This document shows, one piece after another, positions 26,836 through 35,980 of a DNA stretch of 64,000 bases. The stretch comes from an uncultured delta proteobacterium (lineage in GTDB: Bacteria > Desulfobacterota > Desulfobacteria > Desulfobacterales > SpSt-501), in assembly GCA_963791285.1 (NCBI GenBank), contig CAWBSC010000023.1:399767-463766 (forward strand). Reading direction: 5' to 3'. How positions within the stretch are numbered: the stretch's first letter is position 1; the number at the start of each line of letters is the position of its first letter. The translations under genes and the position numbers were made by a program. The notes below the pieces were generated by a model. The model was given only the letters and a program-made list of their open reading frames with translations. It did no database searches and had not been told where the DNA came from.

Positions 26836-28074
26836 ATGCGGGACCTACGGATTTCATGCGGCAGGAGCAGGCAAGACGTGGACAGCGAAATCATAGCGGC
26901 AGTCGCGAACAGACTCTTCGGCGCCAGCACGATCCGGACCGACGGGCTCGAGAGCATGGCCAACGCCGCCCTGCAGCGCGGCATCGACGCCTTCATGGAC
27001 AAGCACTACGAAAAGGCCGTGGAGGAGTTCAAACGCTCGGTCGGGATCGGGCGCAACGGGGCGTATGCGGCGGACGCCGCGCAGTACATGGCCATGTCCT
27101 ACCTCCAGATGGACCAGCCGGAGGAGGCCGTCAAAGCGTACCAGACGGCCCTCGAGATCGACCGCTATCGCGACGATCTACGCGTCAAATTGGGGAATCT
27201 GTACTTTTCCCAGGAAAAATACGAGGACGCACGCACGCAGTACGCCGAAGCCGTGCGCTTGAACCCCAGCACGGTCAACCGTTACTCCCTCGGCCAGGCC
27301 TACATCGAGCTCGGCCGTTACGACGATGCCGAGGCCCAGTACGCCGAAATCCAGCGCATCAGCCCCGAGCAGGCCGGCGGCTACCTGGGCATGGGGTTGA
27401 CCTACAGCCGCAACGGGAAACACGAGGACGCCCTGCAGCAGTTCGACCAGGCGATCGCGCGCGACCCCGGGCTCTTCGATGCCTACGCCCAGAAGGGGTA
27501 CACCTACGCCGACATGGGCGACATGGACAGTGCCCAGAAGATGGTCGACCACCTCGAAAGCGTCGACCAGGCCGACACGGCCGACACCCTCAGCCGCTAC
27601 ATGTACAAGGTGGACCCGCCGAAGATGCTGTTCGGGATGTCGACCAGCTCGTTTCAATTCTCGATGGGAAAGGGCACGCCGTTGGTCGCTCTGAACAGCT
27701 ACCTGGCGACGCCGGGAGCCTCGCGCACCTTGACGATGACGATCCAGTTCGACAAGACCATGGACCGGGCCTCGATCGAGAACGTCGCCAACTGGCAGAT
27801 CAGCCGCACGACCGGCGCGGGGCCGGGGGAATCCTACAACTTCGGCCTGCGGATCCCGTCGACCGAGGTCGGGGTCCAGGGGATCCCGGAGGCGGTCGCC
27901 TGGGACGAGGACAACCTGACGGCGACGGTCTACTTCAAGATCCGGCAGAACTCGAAGGCCAACGGGACGATCGACCCCTCCCACATCGAGTTCCGGTTCT
28001 CCGGCAAGGACATCTACGGCCTGAGCATGGACCCCAAGGCCGACCAGTTCACCGGGTTCAAGGGAGTCGCCTGA
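26836..28074 (+). CDS. TPR-repeat protein with C-terminal Ig-like (SbsA-type) domain
   Basis: 412-aa ORF (alternative start ATG 26956). TPRs in the N-terminal two-thirds. The C-terminus (TLTMTIQFDKTMDRASIENVANWQI...) looks like a bacterial Ig-like fold. Confidence 0.7.
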   Translation: MRDLRISCGRSRQDVDSEIIAAVANRLFGASTIRTDGLESMANAALQRGIDAFMDKHYEKAVEEFKRSVGIGRNGAYAADAAQYMAMSYLQMDQPEEAVKAYQTALEIDRYRDDLRVKLGNLYFSQEKYEDARTQYAEAVRLNPSTVNRYSLGQAYIELGRYDDAEAQYAEIQRISPEQAGGYLGMGLTYSRNGKHEDALQQFDQAIARDPGLFDAYAQKGYTYADMGDMDSAQKMVDHLESVDQADTADTLSRYMYKVDPPKMLFGMSTSSFQFSMGKGTPLVALNSYLATPGASRTLTMTIQFDKTMDRASIENVANWQISRTTGAGPGESYNFGLRIPSTEVGVQGIPEAVAWDEDNLTATVYFKIRQNSKANGTIDPSHIEFRFSGKDIYGLSMDPKADQFTGFKGVA

Positions 28075-28078
28075 TACC

Positions 28079-28564
28079 GTGCCGCATCTGATCGAACATG
28101 CCCGCCGCCATCCGGTCGGCGGCACCTCCGGGGAAACGCTGCGGCGGTCGCTGCGGCGGGCGTTCGAGCTCTCGCGGGACGGGATGTTCCTGGTCGAGGG
28201 GGGGCGGATCCGGGCCGGCAATCGTTTTCTGTCGGAGTGGGGCGGTTACCGCGGGGAAGAAATCGACGGCACCTGCTTCGCGAGCTTTTTCGCCCCCCAG
28301 AGCATGGCGGCGGTCGAGGCGCTGTGCGGCGCAACCGGGGCCGAAGGTTCGCCGACTGAAGCTGCGGCCGTCCTGGTCCGCAAGGACGGCGGGCGGTTCG
28401 CGGTCGGGTTGAAGGCGGAGGGCTGCCGCTTCGACGGGCGTTCCTGCGTCTTGATCGTCGTGGAGCCGCGGGAGCGGGTGTGCCGCGACGCCGCCGGGTG
28501 GGACAGCGACGTGGAGGGCTGTTTCGCGTCCGAGGATGCTCCGTGCGCGCCCGCCTGCGCCTGA
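28079..28564 (+). CDS. Small stand-alone PAS-like domain protein
   Basis: 161-aa ORF starting 5 nt after the previous stop. GMFLVEGGRIRAGNRFLSEWGGYRGEEIDGTCF...VLVRKDGGRFAV resembles a PAS fold. Confidence 0.5.
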   Translation: MPHLIEHARRHPVGGTSGETLRRSLRRAFELSRDGMFLVEGGRIRAGNRFLSEWGGYRGEEIDGTCFASFFAPQSMAAVEALCGATGAEGSPTEAAAVLVRKDGGRFAVGLKAEGCRFDGRSCVLIVVEPRERVCRDAAGWDSDVEGCFASEDAPCAPACA

Positions 28565-28577
28565 GTCTCGGCGCTTG

Positions 28578-28826
28578 TCACCCCTTGGAGGCCATAGCCT
28601 TCAACGCGGCTTCCAGCGTGCGGTTGATGGCGAGCGTCAGATCCACGGCCTCCATGAGCCGCCCTCCGACATCCCCCAGCGCCATCTCCTCGGCCCGTTG
28701 CGCCCACTGCCGGTAGGTCTCGGCGTGGGCGTCGTTGTGCTTCATCCAGTGCGCCAGCAGAATTCTCAGCTTGTCGGCCGGACCCGGTTCGGGATCGGCC
28801 TGCGGATGGTCGTGCAAATGCGGCAT
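28578..28826 (-). CDS. Small helical His-rich hypothetical protein
   Basis: Internal ATG of ORF 28578..28922 (MPHLHDHPQADPEPG...HWMKHNDAHAETYRQW...). Lies downstream of the 353-aa unknown gene. No family recognised. Confidence 0.4.
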   Translation of the reverse strand: MPHLHDHPQADPEPGPADKLRILLAHWMKHNDAHAETYRQWAQRAEEMALGDVGGRLMEAVDLTLAINRTLEAALKAMASKG

Positions 28827-28879
28827 GGGGTTCCCCGGATCGGTTTCCCGGCAGCGTCGCGGCCCCGGCGGGGTGCGCG

Positions 28880-29941
28880 TCAGGAGTAGATGAAGTTCAC
28901 AGGCAGCGGCGGGTACTTCCACACTCCCGGCTTGGGCAGGATGTGCTGGTCGCCGACCGTGAGCCAGTTCAGGTCGGGTTTGAGGTCGCGCAGCTTCCCG
29001 TCTTCCGGCGGCCGTGCCTGCGAGGTCAGCGCATAGGTGGCCTGCACCGTGCAGACGCGCTCCCGGCCTTCCCGGGCGATCACGTAGTACTTCTTGATCT
29101 TGTGGGGCGAAAGCCCGGTTTCCGCCGCGATCCGCTCCAGGTCCTCCTTGTGGAACTTCATCAGCACGAGCTTGGACACCCCGCGCTCGCAGATCCGGAT
29201 CAGGGCCCGCGCCGCGCTGCTGCTCACGTAAACGGTGCTGATGCCGCCGATGCGTCGCAGATACTGCGCCGCCACGATCCCCGCCGTGCGCCGCCCGCCC
29301 GAAATGAAGGACTGGTTGTAGTACTCGAAAAACTTGCGCTGCATGTCCTCCGCGTACTTCTCCCCCTTTTCGTAAAGCTCTTTGGAGATGTAACGCAGGG
29401 TGCGGCCGAGGTCCTCGGCCGCCTCGCTGATCGGCCAGTCGATGCGCACGTGGTAGTGCGACAGGTGATAGCGGTTGCGGCTGACGCCGAGCGGGTCCCG
29501 CTGGATCAGCACCGCGTAGTCCACCGGGAGCAGGCCCCGGATGAAGTTGCGGAAATGGATCGATTCCAGGTAGCGGGCCTGCCGGTCCTGCCGGTCGAGG
29601 ACGGGCACGATGTCCGAGCGCATCAGGTTCGCCTTGGTCGCCCGGTTCTCGTCGAAGAAGCGGATGTATTTCTTGTGCACGGCCGGGATCGCGTCCTCGA
29701 CGAACACCACGAGGAAGGTGTTGTGCAGCTCGTATTCCTGCTCCGGGATACGGCCGCGTGGCTTGAGCTCCCGTTTCTCGACGAACGGATAGGCCAGCCC
29801 GCGGTTCAGGAAGTTGTGATAGGAGTCGATGAGGGCGTACTGGATGAGGAACTGATCGAGGTCGTCCCGCAGCAGTTCGTAGTAGGAGCGCCTCAGCTTG
29901 TGGGCCAGGCTCAGCTCTTCACGGTACAACCAGAATGCCAA
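28880..29941 (-). CDS. Hypothetical protein, 353 aa, no family recognised
   Basis: Complex, non-repetitive composition (MAFWLYREELSLAHKLRRSYYELL...). High GC3 consistent with coding. No motif I can assign. Confidence 0.65.
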   Translation of the reverse strand: MAFWLYREELSLAHKLRRSYYELLRDDLDQFLIQYALIDSYHNFLNRGLAYPFVEKRELKPRGRIPEQEYELHNTFLVVFVEDAIPAVHKKYIRFFDENRATKANLMRSDIVPVLDRQDRQARYLESIHFRNFIRGLLPVDYAVLIQRDPLGVSRNRYHLSHYHVRIDWPISEAAEDLGRTLRYISKELYEKGEKYAEDMQRKFFEYYNQSFISGGRRTAGIVAAQYLRRIGGISTVYVSSSAARALIRICERGVSKLVLMKFHKEDLERIAAETGLSPHKIKKYYVIAREGRERVCTVQATYALTSQARPPEDGKLRDLKPDLNWLTVGDQHILPKPGVWKYPPLPVNFIYS

Positions 29942-30049
29942 GGGGGCTCTCCTTCGATCGGTTCAGCCGTGGCGGCTGGGAGGCGTCCGCGAATCGTCAC
30001 ATAAGATATAGCATAAGGTTCAAAGGAGGAAAAGCGTTCGCCCGGGCGC

Positions 30050-30787
30050 TTACGGCGCCAAGTCGCACGTGCTTCTCTTCCTCAACCGGGCCATCCAGCG
30101 GTAGAGCGGGTCGCGCAGCAGCCAGGCGGCCAGCGCGAACACGAGGGTCAGCGCCGTCACGATGGCGAAGAACATGTAGTCCTTCTCGAAGACCGAGGCC
30201 CCCTGCAGGCTCAGCGCCAACGTCCCGGGAATCCGCCCGATGGTGGAGATGACGAAGAATACCCGCCCCGGGAGCGTCGTCAGCCCGAGGAACATGCAGA
30301 GGTAGTCTTTCGGGAACCCGGGGACCAGGAAAAAGATGAAGATGACCAGGATCCCCTTGTACTGGACCATCTGGTTGTATTTTTCGAAGCTCTCGCAGCG
30401 CACGAGCTTGCGGACGACTCGTTCGCCCAGGAAATGCCCGATCCCGAAGGCCAGCATGGAGCCGATGGTCAACCCGACCGTCGACAGCAGAAAACCGTTG
30501 AGCACGCCGAACATGTAACCGCCGAGGAAGCCGGTTACCTCCCCGGGAATGGGGGCAAAGAGGACCTGCCCGACTTGCAGCCCGACGAACACCAGCGCGG
30601 AGGCCCACCCGGCCGACTTCACCATGTCCCGCACCCACACGCGGTCTGTGAACAGGTCGTAGTACGCCATCAGGTGTTGCCACCAGCTGGATTCGACCAG
30701 CAGGAAGACCGCCAGACAGGAGAGCAGGAACATGACCACCACGATGGTGATGAGCGTCCAGCCGGTTTTAGCTGTGGATTTAGGCAT
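30050..30787 (-). CDS. TVP38/TMEM64 (DedA-related) integral membrane protein
   Basis: 245-aa ORF with multiple hydrophobic helices and the motif GQVLFAPIPGEVTGFLGGYMFG. Confidence 0.85.
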   Translation of the reverse strand: MPKSTAKTGWTLITIVVVMFLLSCLAVFLLVESSWWQHLMAYYDLFTDRVWVRDMVKSAGWASALVFVGLQVGQVLFAPIPGEVTGFLGGYMFGVLNGFLLSTVGLTIGSMLAFGIGHFLGERVVRKLVRCESFEKYNQMVQYKGILVIFIFFLVPGFPKDYLCMFLGLTTLPGRVFFVISTIGRIPGTLALSLQGASVFEKDYMFFAIVTALTLVFALAAWLLRDPLYRWMARLRKRSTCDLAP

Positions 30788-30808
30788 GCGGTTCTATGTT
30801 GAATCCGT

Positions 30809-31127
30809 TCACTTGGATCCGATGCGCCGCAGCCGGCCCCAGATACCGGCCCATCGAGATCCTTGAGGTTCTTGCCCTGCGATGCTTTTCTGGCGCGCCC
30901 ACCGCTCTAAAAACCCCACGCTCCCGGCTCGGTAGGCCCGCTCGAGCCGTTCCGCATGCACGGGAAGCCCCTGCTCGCCCGAAACGGCGCGGCGCAGGCA
31001 CTCGGTCTTCACCTCGCACCGAACGCAGCCCTGGAGGCGACTCCCTCAGGCCCTCGGGTCCGACCGGGAACACCTGCTCGAGGCGCCCAAAGCACTCCGG
31101 GGGCGTCTTGCTGAGATTATCGGCCAT
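30809..31127 (-). pseudogene. Small Cys-rich hypothetical ORF split by a 1-nt frameshift (or sequencing error)
   Basis: ORF 30780..31127 (MADNLSKTPPECFGRLEQVFPVGPEGLRESPP...) continues sensibly only after a frame change near 31029-31037 into ORF 30809..31012 (...GCVRCEVKTECLRRAVSGEQ...). Confidence 0.35.
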
Positions 31128-31145
31128 ATGTCGATCCGGCTTTAT

Positions 31146-31877
31146 TCACGGTCGGGCCGCCCGTTCAGCGCCGAACTCGGAGTTCATGCGCGCGATGTAG
31201 CCCTCGTCGGCGAAGCTGAAGCAGCGGTTGTCGCCGATGATCAGATGCTCGTGCACCACCAACCCCATCACACGAGCCGCAAACACCAATTGCCGCGTGA
31301 CCGCCAAGTCCTCCTCCGAGGGGCGCGGCTCACCCGACGGATGGTTGTGGGAGAAGATCAGGGCGGCTGCGTGATGCTGCAGCGCGGACCGGATCACCTC
31401 CCGCGGGTAGACGCTGCTCGCCGTCAGGGTCCCCTCGGAGAGCGTTTCCAAGGCGATCACCCGGTTCTTGGCGTCCAGGTAGACGGCCAGGAAACACTCG
31501 CGCGTCCGGTCCCGCAAGACGCCCGTCAGGTAGCGCAGGAGGTCCTGCGAGTTGGCCACCATCTCCCGGCCGACCACCTTCTTGGCCAGATAGCGGTCGC
31601 AGACGGACTTGACCAGTCGGAGGCCGATCGCGTTTATCGGCCCGACCCCCGGGACCTCCTGCAGGTCGGCCGGGTCGGCCTCGAGCGCCCCCTGCAGGGT
31701 TTTGAACCGCTTGAGGACGGCCTTGGCGGCGTCCTTGCAGTCCCGGCGCGGCGTGCCCAGCGTGAGCAGCAGCTCGATCACCTCGTAGTCCAGAAAGGCG
31801 TCGAGCCCGGCCGTCAGGAAGCGCTGCCGCAGGCGCCCCCGGTGCCCCGCCCCCTTGTGGTCCTCCCGCTCAGGCAT
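31146..31877 (-). CDS. radC: RadC-family (JAB/MPN domain) protein
   Basis: 243-aa ORF. GHRGRLRQRFL N-terminus and HNHPSGEPRPSEEDLAVT JAB motif. Confidence 0.9.
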   Translation of the reverse strand: MPEREDHKGAGHRGRLRQRFLTAGLDAFLDYEVIELLLTLGTPRRDCKDAAKAVLKRFKTLQGALEADPADLQEVPGVGPINAIGLRLVKSVCDRYLAKKVVGREMVANSQDLLRYLTGVLRDRTRECFLAVYLDAKNRVIALETLSEGTLTASSVYPREVIRSALQHHAAALIFSHNHPSGEPRPSEEDLAVTRQLVFAARVMGLVVHEHLIIGDNRCFSFADEGYIARMNSEFGAERAARP

Positions 31878-31916
31878 TGCGAATCCGTCCAGTCAGATTC
31901 AGGTAAGGACGTCTAT

Positions 31917-32037
31917 AAGGCGAAGCCCAAAGCCCAAGTTCAAGGCGCGCGAGCCCTGCCGAACGAGGCGTGCTGTCGGCACGCCGCAGCCAGTGCAAGG
32001 CGAAGCGCAACGCCGAAATTGGGCTTTCGGCTTCGCC
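31917..32037. repeat. Nested inverted repeat between gpsA and radC
   Basis: GGCGAAGCCCAAAGCCC (31919-31935) pairs with GGGCTTTCGGCTTCGCC (32021-32037), 1 mismatch over 17 bp. Inner hairpin GGCGTGC-tgtcg-GCACGCC near 31967-31985. AAGGCGAAGC also occurs as a direct repeat. Confidence 0.7.
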
Positions 32038-32038
32038 A

Positions 32039-33074
32039 TCAGTCGTCGTCCAGCTCCGGTTTGGGGTCCCGCGTCATCAGTTCGTGCAGCGCCTCCCGCG
32101 GCGGCAGGTCCTCGTAGAGGATCCGATACGTCTGCCGGCTGATCGGCATCTCCACCCCTAGCCGGCTGGACAGCTGGTGGACCGATTGCGCTGTGCGCAC
32201 CCCTTCGGCCACCATGCGCATCGACTCCAGGACGTCGCTCAGCCGCCGGCCGGCCGCAAGCTCGCGGCCCACCGTGTGGTTGCGGCTCAGATTCCCCCGT
32301 GCAGGTCAGGATCAGGTCCCCGTAGCCGGCCAGCCCGCTGAACGTCCGCGGGTTGGCCCCCATGCGCTTGCCCAGCCGGCGGATCTCGGTCATGCCGCGG
32401 GTGATGAGGGCCGCCCGCGTGTTCAGCCCCAGCCCCAGCCCGTCGACGATTCCCGCAGCGATAGCGATCACGTTCTTGAGCGCCCCACCCAGCTCGACCC
32501 CGACCGTGTCCCGGCTGGTGTACACCCGGAAGTTGGGCGTCGCGAAGGTGCGTTGCACCGCCCGCGCCAGTTCGGCCTTGCGCGCGGCCACCGTCACCAC
32601 CGTCGGCATCCGGCGCGCCACTTCCACCGCAAAGCTCGGACCCGAGAGCACCGCCAGGCGCTCATCCGATAGCCCGAGCGTCTCCTTCAGCACCCCGGTC
32701 ATGGTCAGCTCGGTCCCGTTCTCGATCCCCTTGGAGACCGAGACCACGGCCGCCCCGGGTTCCATCCGTGCAGACAGGGCCCCGGCGACCGCGCGCAGGT
32801 GCTGGGAGGGCACCGCCATCACCACCAGGTCCTTGCCGACGACCGCGCGGCCGAGGTCGCCCGTGGCCGTCAGGGTTTCGGCCAACCGGATGCCTTTCAG
32901 AAAGAGCCCGTTTTCATGCCACGCGTTGACCTGCTCCACGATCTCGGGCTCGCGCGCCCAGAGGTCCACCCGATGCCCGTTGCGCGCGAGCAGGTCGGCC
33001 AGCACCGTCCCCCAGCTCCCCGCGCCGACTACTCCGACAAGCCGGCTCTTGCCGGCGGCCGCCTCAGCCCGCAT
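32039..33074 (-). pseudogene. gpsA: NAD(P)H-dependent glycerol-3-phosphate dehydrogenase, disrupted by +1 frameshift in a homopolymer run (probably an assembly error)
   Basis: The N-part is in ORF 31899..33074 (VGVVGAGSWGTVLA...GYGDLILTCTG). The C-part is in ORF 32039..32272 (GRELAAGRRLSDVLESMRMVAEGVRTA...). The switch is at the C5/G5 run 32294-32298. Confidence 0.85.
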
Positions 33075-35535
33075 CGGTCCCCTCCACGCCCGGCTCCACG
33101 CCGTCCTCGTCCTCCTTCTCGGCCAGGCGCGCCGCCCCGACGATGCGCTCGCCCAGATCGACGTCCATCAGCTTCACCCCCTGGGTGTTGCGGCTGATGA
33201 CCGAGATCTCCCGGATCCGCGTGCGGATGACCTTGCCGATGTTGGTCATCAGCATGACGTCGTCCTCCTCCTCGACTCCCATGATGGCGACGACGTTGCC
33301 GTTGCGCTGGCTGGTCTTGATCGAAATGACCCCCTTGCCTCCGCGGTTGTGGACCGGGTACTCGTCGATCGACGTCCGCTTGCCGAACCCGTGCTCGGTG
33401 ACCGCGAACAGGGTCTGGCCGTGGCTGAGCACCTCCATGCTGACCAGGCGGTCCCCCGGGTCGACCGTCATGCCGCGGACACCGCTCGCCACCCGGCCGG
33501 TGGGGCGCACGTCCGACTCGTGGAAGCGGATCGCCTTGCCGCCGGCCGACCCCAGGAAGACGTTCATGGTGCCGTCCGTGATGCGCGCGGAGATCAGCTC
33601 GTCGCCCTCCAGCAGGTTGATGGCAATGATGCCGCCCGCACGCGGGCGGCTGTAGGCCATGATGTCGGTTTTCTTCACGAGCCCGTTGCGCGTGGCCATG
33701 AGGACAAAGGCGCCCGGGACGAACTCCGGCACGGCCAGCACGGTGGCCAGCGTCTCGTTCTCCTGCAGGTTGAGCAGGTTGACGATGGCCTTGCCGAGAC
33801 TCAGGCGGCCGGCCTGCGGGATGTCGTAGCACTTGCACCAGTAGACCTTGCCGAGGTTGCTGATGAAGAGGAAGGTGTGGTGGGTCGAGGCCACAAAAAG
33901 CCGTTCGACGAAGTCGTCCTCGCGCGTGCCCATCGCGGTCACGCCCTTGCCGCCGCGTCGCTGGCTGCGGTAGAGGGTGATCGGGTTGCGCTTGATGTAG
34001 CCGCGACTCGAAATGGTGACCACCATGTCTTCCTCGGCGATCATGTCCGCGCGGGAGATCTCGCCGGTCTCGTCCACGATCTCGGTCAGCCGCGGGTCCC
34101 CGTACTGCTGCTGGATCTCCCCGAGCTCGTCCTTGATGATCTGCAGCACCAGCCGCTCGCTCGCCAGGATCTCGCGGAAGCGTGCGATGTCCTGCAGGAC
34201 ACTCCGGTATTCCTCGAGGATCTTTTCGCGCTCCAGCCCGGTCAACCGCTGCAGCCGCATGTCCAGGATCGCCTGGGCCTGGATGTCCGAGAGCGCGAAG
34301 GTCGCCGCCAGCCCCGCACGCGCCTCGGCCGGCGACGCCGAGCGCCGGATCAGCGCCACCACCTCGTCGAGGTGGTCGAGAGCGATCTTGAGCCCTTCCA
34401 GGATATGGGCCCGGGCCTCGGCCTTGGCCAGGTCGTAACGCGTGCGCCGCACGATGATCTCCTTGCGGTGCATGACGAAGTGCTCCAGAACCTCCTTGAG
34501 GTTCAGCAGCTCGGGGCGGTTGTTGACGATGGCGAGGAATATGATCCCGAAGGTGGACTCCATCCGCGTGTGCTTGAACAGCTGGTTGGTGACCACCTCG
34601 GCCATGGCCTCCTTCTTGAGGCCGAGGGCGATGCGCATGCCCTCGCGGTCGGACTCGTCGCGCACGTAGCGGATGCCGTCGATCTCCTTGTCCCGGATCA
34701 GCTCGGCGATCTTCTCGACCAGCTTGGCCTTGTTGACCTGGTAGGGCAGCTCGGTGACGACCAGGGTTTCGGCCTGGGTGCGCTTGTCCTTCTCGACCGC
34801 CACCCTCGCCCGCACCCGGATGATGCCGCGGCCGGTGGCGAAGGCCTCCCGGATGCCCGTCCGGCCGTAGATGATCCCGCCGGTCGGGAAGTCGGGGCCG
34901 GGGATGTGGCGCATGAGCTCCTCGCAGGTGGTCTGCGGGCGGTCGATCAGCACCTGCAGCGCCTGCACCACTTCGCCCAGGTTGTGCGGGGGGATGTTGG
35001 TCGCCATGCCGACGGCGATGCCGGCCGACCCGTTGATGAGCAGGTTGGGGATCTTGGACGGCAGCACCGAGGGCTCGGAGAGGGACTCGTCGTAGTTCGG
35101 GGTGAAGTCGACCGTCTCCTTTTCGAGGTCCGCGAGCATCTCGTGAGCCAGGCGCTGCATCCGGATCTCGGTGTACCGCATGGCAGCCGCCGGGTCGCCG
35201 TCGATCGACCCGAAGTTCCCCTGCCCGTCGATCAGGGGATAGCGCATGGAGAACCCCTGCGCCATGCGCACGATCGTGTCGTACACGGCCGAGTCCCCGT
35301 GCGGGTGGTATTTACCGATGACGTCGCCGACAATGCGGGCGGATTTCTTGTATGGTTTGTTCCAGTCGTTGTTCAGCTCCCCCATGGCGTAGAGCACGCG
35401 GCGGTGCACCGGCTTCAACCCGTCGCGCACGTCGGGCAGCGCCCGCCCGATGATCACGCTCATGGCGTAATCGAGATAGGACTTCTTCATCTCTTTTTCG
35501 ATGCTGACTTCCGGCGATCGGTCGATCTGGTTCAT
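33064..35535 (-). CDS. gyrA: DNA gyrase subunit A
   Basis: ORF 33064..35694. The start is taken at [16 protein letters not shown] (ATG 35535, AGGAG upstream). Motifs: [35 protein letters not shown]. Confidence 0.95.
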   Translation of the reverse strand: MNQIDRSPEVSIEKEMKKSYLDYAMSVIIGRALPDVRDGLKPVHRRVLYAMGELNNDWNKPYKKSARIVGDVIGKYHPHGDSAVYDTIVRMAQGFSMRYPLIDGQGNFGSIDGDPAAAMRYTEIRMQRLAHEMLADLEKETVDFTPNYDESLSEPSVLPSKIPNLLINGSAGIAVGMATNIPPHNLGEVVQALQVLIDRPQTTCEELMRHIPGPDFPTGGIIYGRTGIREAFATGRGIIRVRARVAVEKDKRTQAETLVVTELPYQVNKAKLVEKIAELIRDKEIDGIRYVRDESDREGMRIALGLKKEAMAEVVTNQLFKHTRMESTFGIIFLAIVNNRPELLNLKEVLEHFVMHRKEIIVRRTRYDLAKAEARAHILEGLKIALDHLDEVVALIRRSASPAEARAGLAATFALSDIQAQAILDMRLQRLTGLEREKILEEYRSVLQDIARFREILASERLVLQIIKDELGEIQQQYGDPRLTEIVDETGEISRADMIAEEDMVVTISSRGYIKRNPITLYRSQRRGGKGVTAMGTREDDFVERLFVASTHHTFLFISNLGKVYWCKCYDIPQAGRLSLGKAIVNLLNLQENETLATVLAVPEFVPGAFVLMATRNGLVKKTDIMAYSRPRAGGIIAINLLEGDELISARITDGTMNVFLGSAGGKAIRFHESDVRPTGRVASGVRGMTVDPGDRLVSMEVLSHGQTLFAVTEHGFGKRTSIDEYPVHNRGGKGVISIKTSQRNGNVVAIMGVEEEDDVMLMTNIGKVIRTRIREISVISRNTQGVKLMDVDLGERIVGAARLAEKEDEDGVEPGVEGTDAG

Positions 35536-35748
35536 CTCCACTCCTGAGACAACGGGCGGTTTGCGAGCCTCCCGGGCGGCCGGCGGCTTGCCCGGGGGTT
35601 CGGCGAAAACGACGTTCGGGGTCGGGAAGGCTTTCGCCCGGCGAAGAGGGCCTTTCGACTGCAGGCGGACACATCGCACCGCCGACGGCCGCACGTGGGG
35701 CAGCGGCCGCCGCGGAGCGGCGGGGCAACCGCTCGGGATACGACGGCG

Positions 35749-35904
35749 TTACCGGCTGACGAAGGCGCCTGCTCCCACCAGGAGCAACACCACGAAAACG
35801 GCCACCGCCGTCAGCGAACCGAAGGTGTAGTATACGACGCCCCCGCCGACGATGGCGGGCACGGCGCAGAATACCAGAATCCCAAGCTTGCGAGCGACAT
35901 CCAT
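35749..35904 (-). CDS. Small hydrophobic (two-helix) hypothetical membrane protein
   Basis: MDVARKLGILVFCAVPAIVGGGVVYYTFGSLTAVAVFVVLLLVGAGAFVSR. Short, so the call is weak. Confidence 0.35.
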   Translation of the reverse strand: MDVARKLGILVFCAVPAIVGGGVVYYTFGSLTAVAVFVVLLLVGAGAFVSR

Positions 35905-35980
35905 GGGGGTGATCTCCTGTGGGAAGGTTTCAAATTGTGTTAACAACAACCCCGAACCAAGTAAAGTGAAAATCAGGGCC

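Noticed and set aside
26856-28091. 411-aa ORF in an alternative plus frame overlapping the TPR/Ig-like gene
   Set aside because: Its translation is almost pure R/G/P/H low complexity. The 26836 frame has genuine TPR repeats.
32353-35547. 1064-aa plus-strand ORF
   Set aside because: It is antisense to gyrA and gpsA, whose identities are unambiguous. It has low-complexity R/A/D/H composition.
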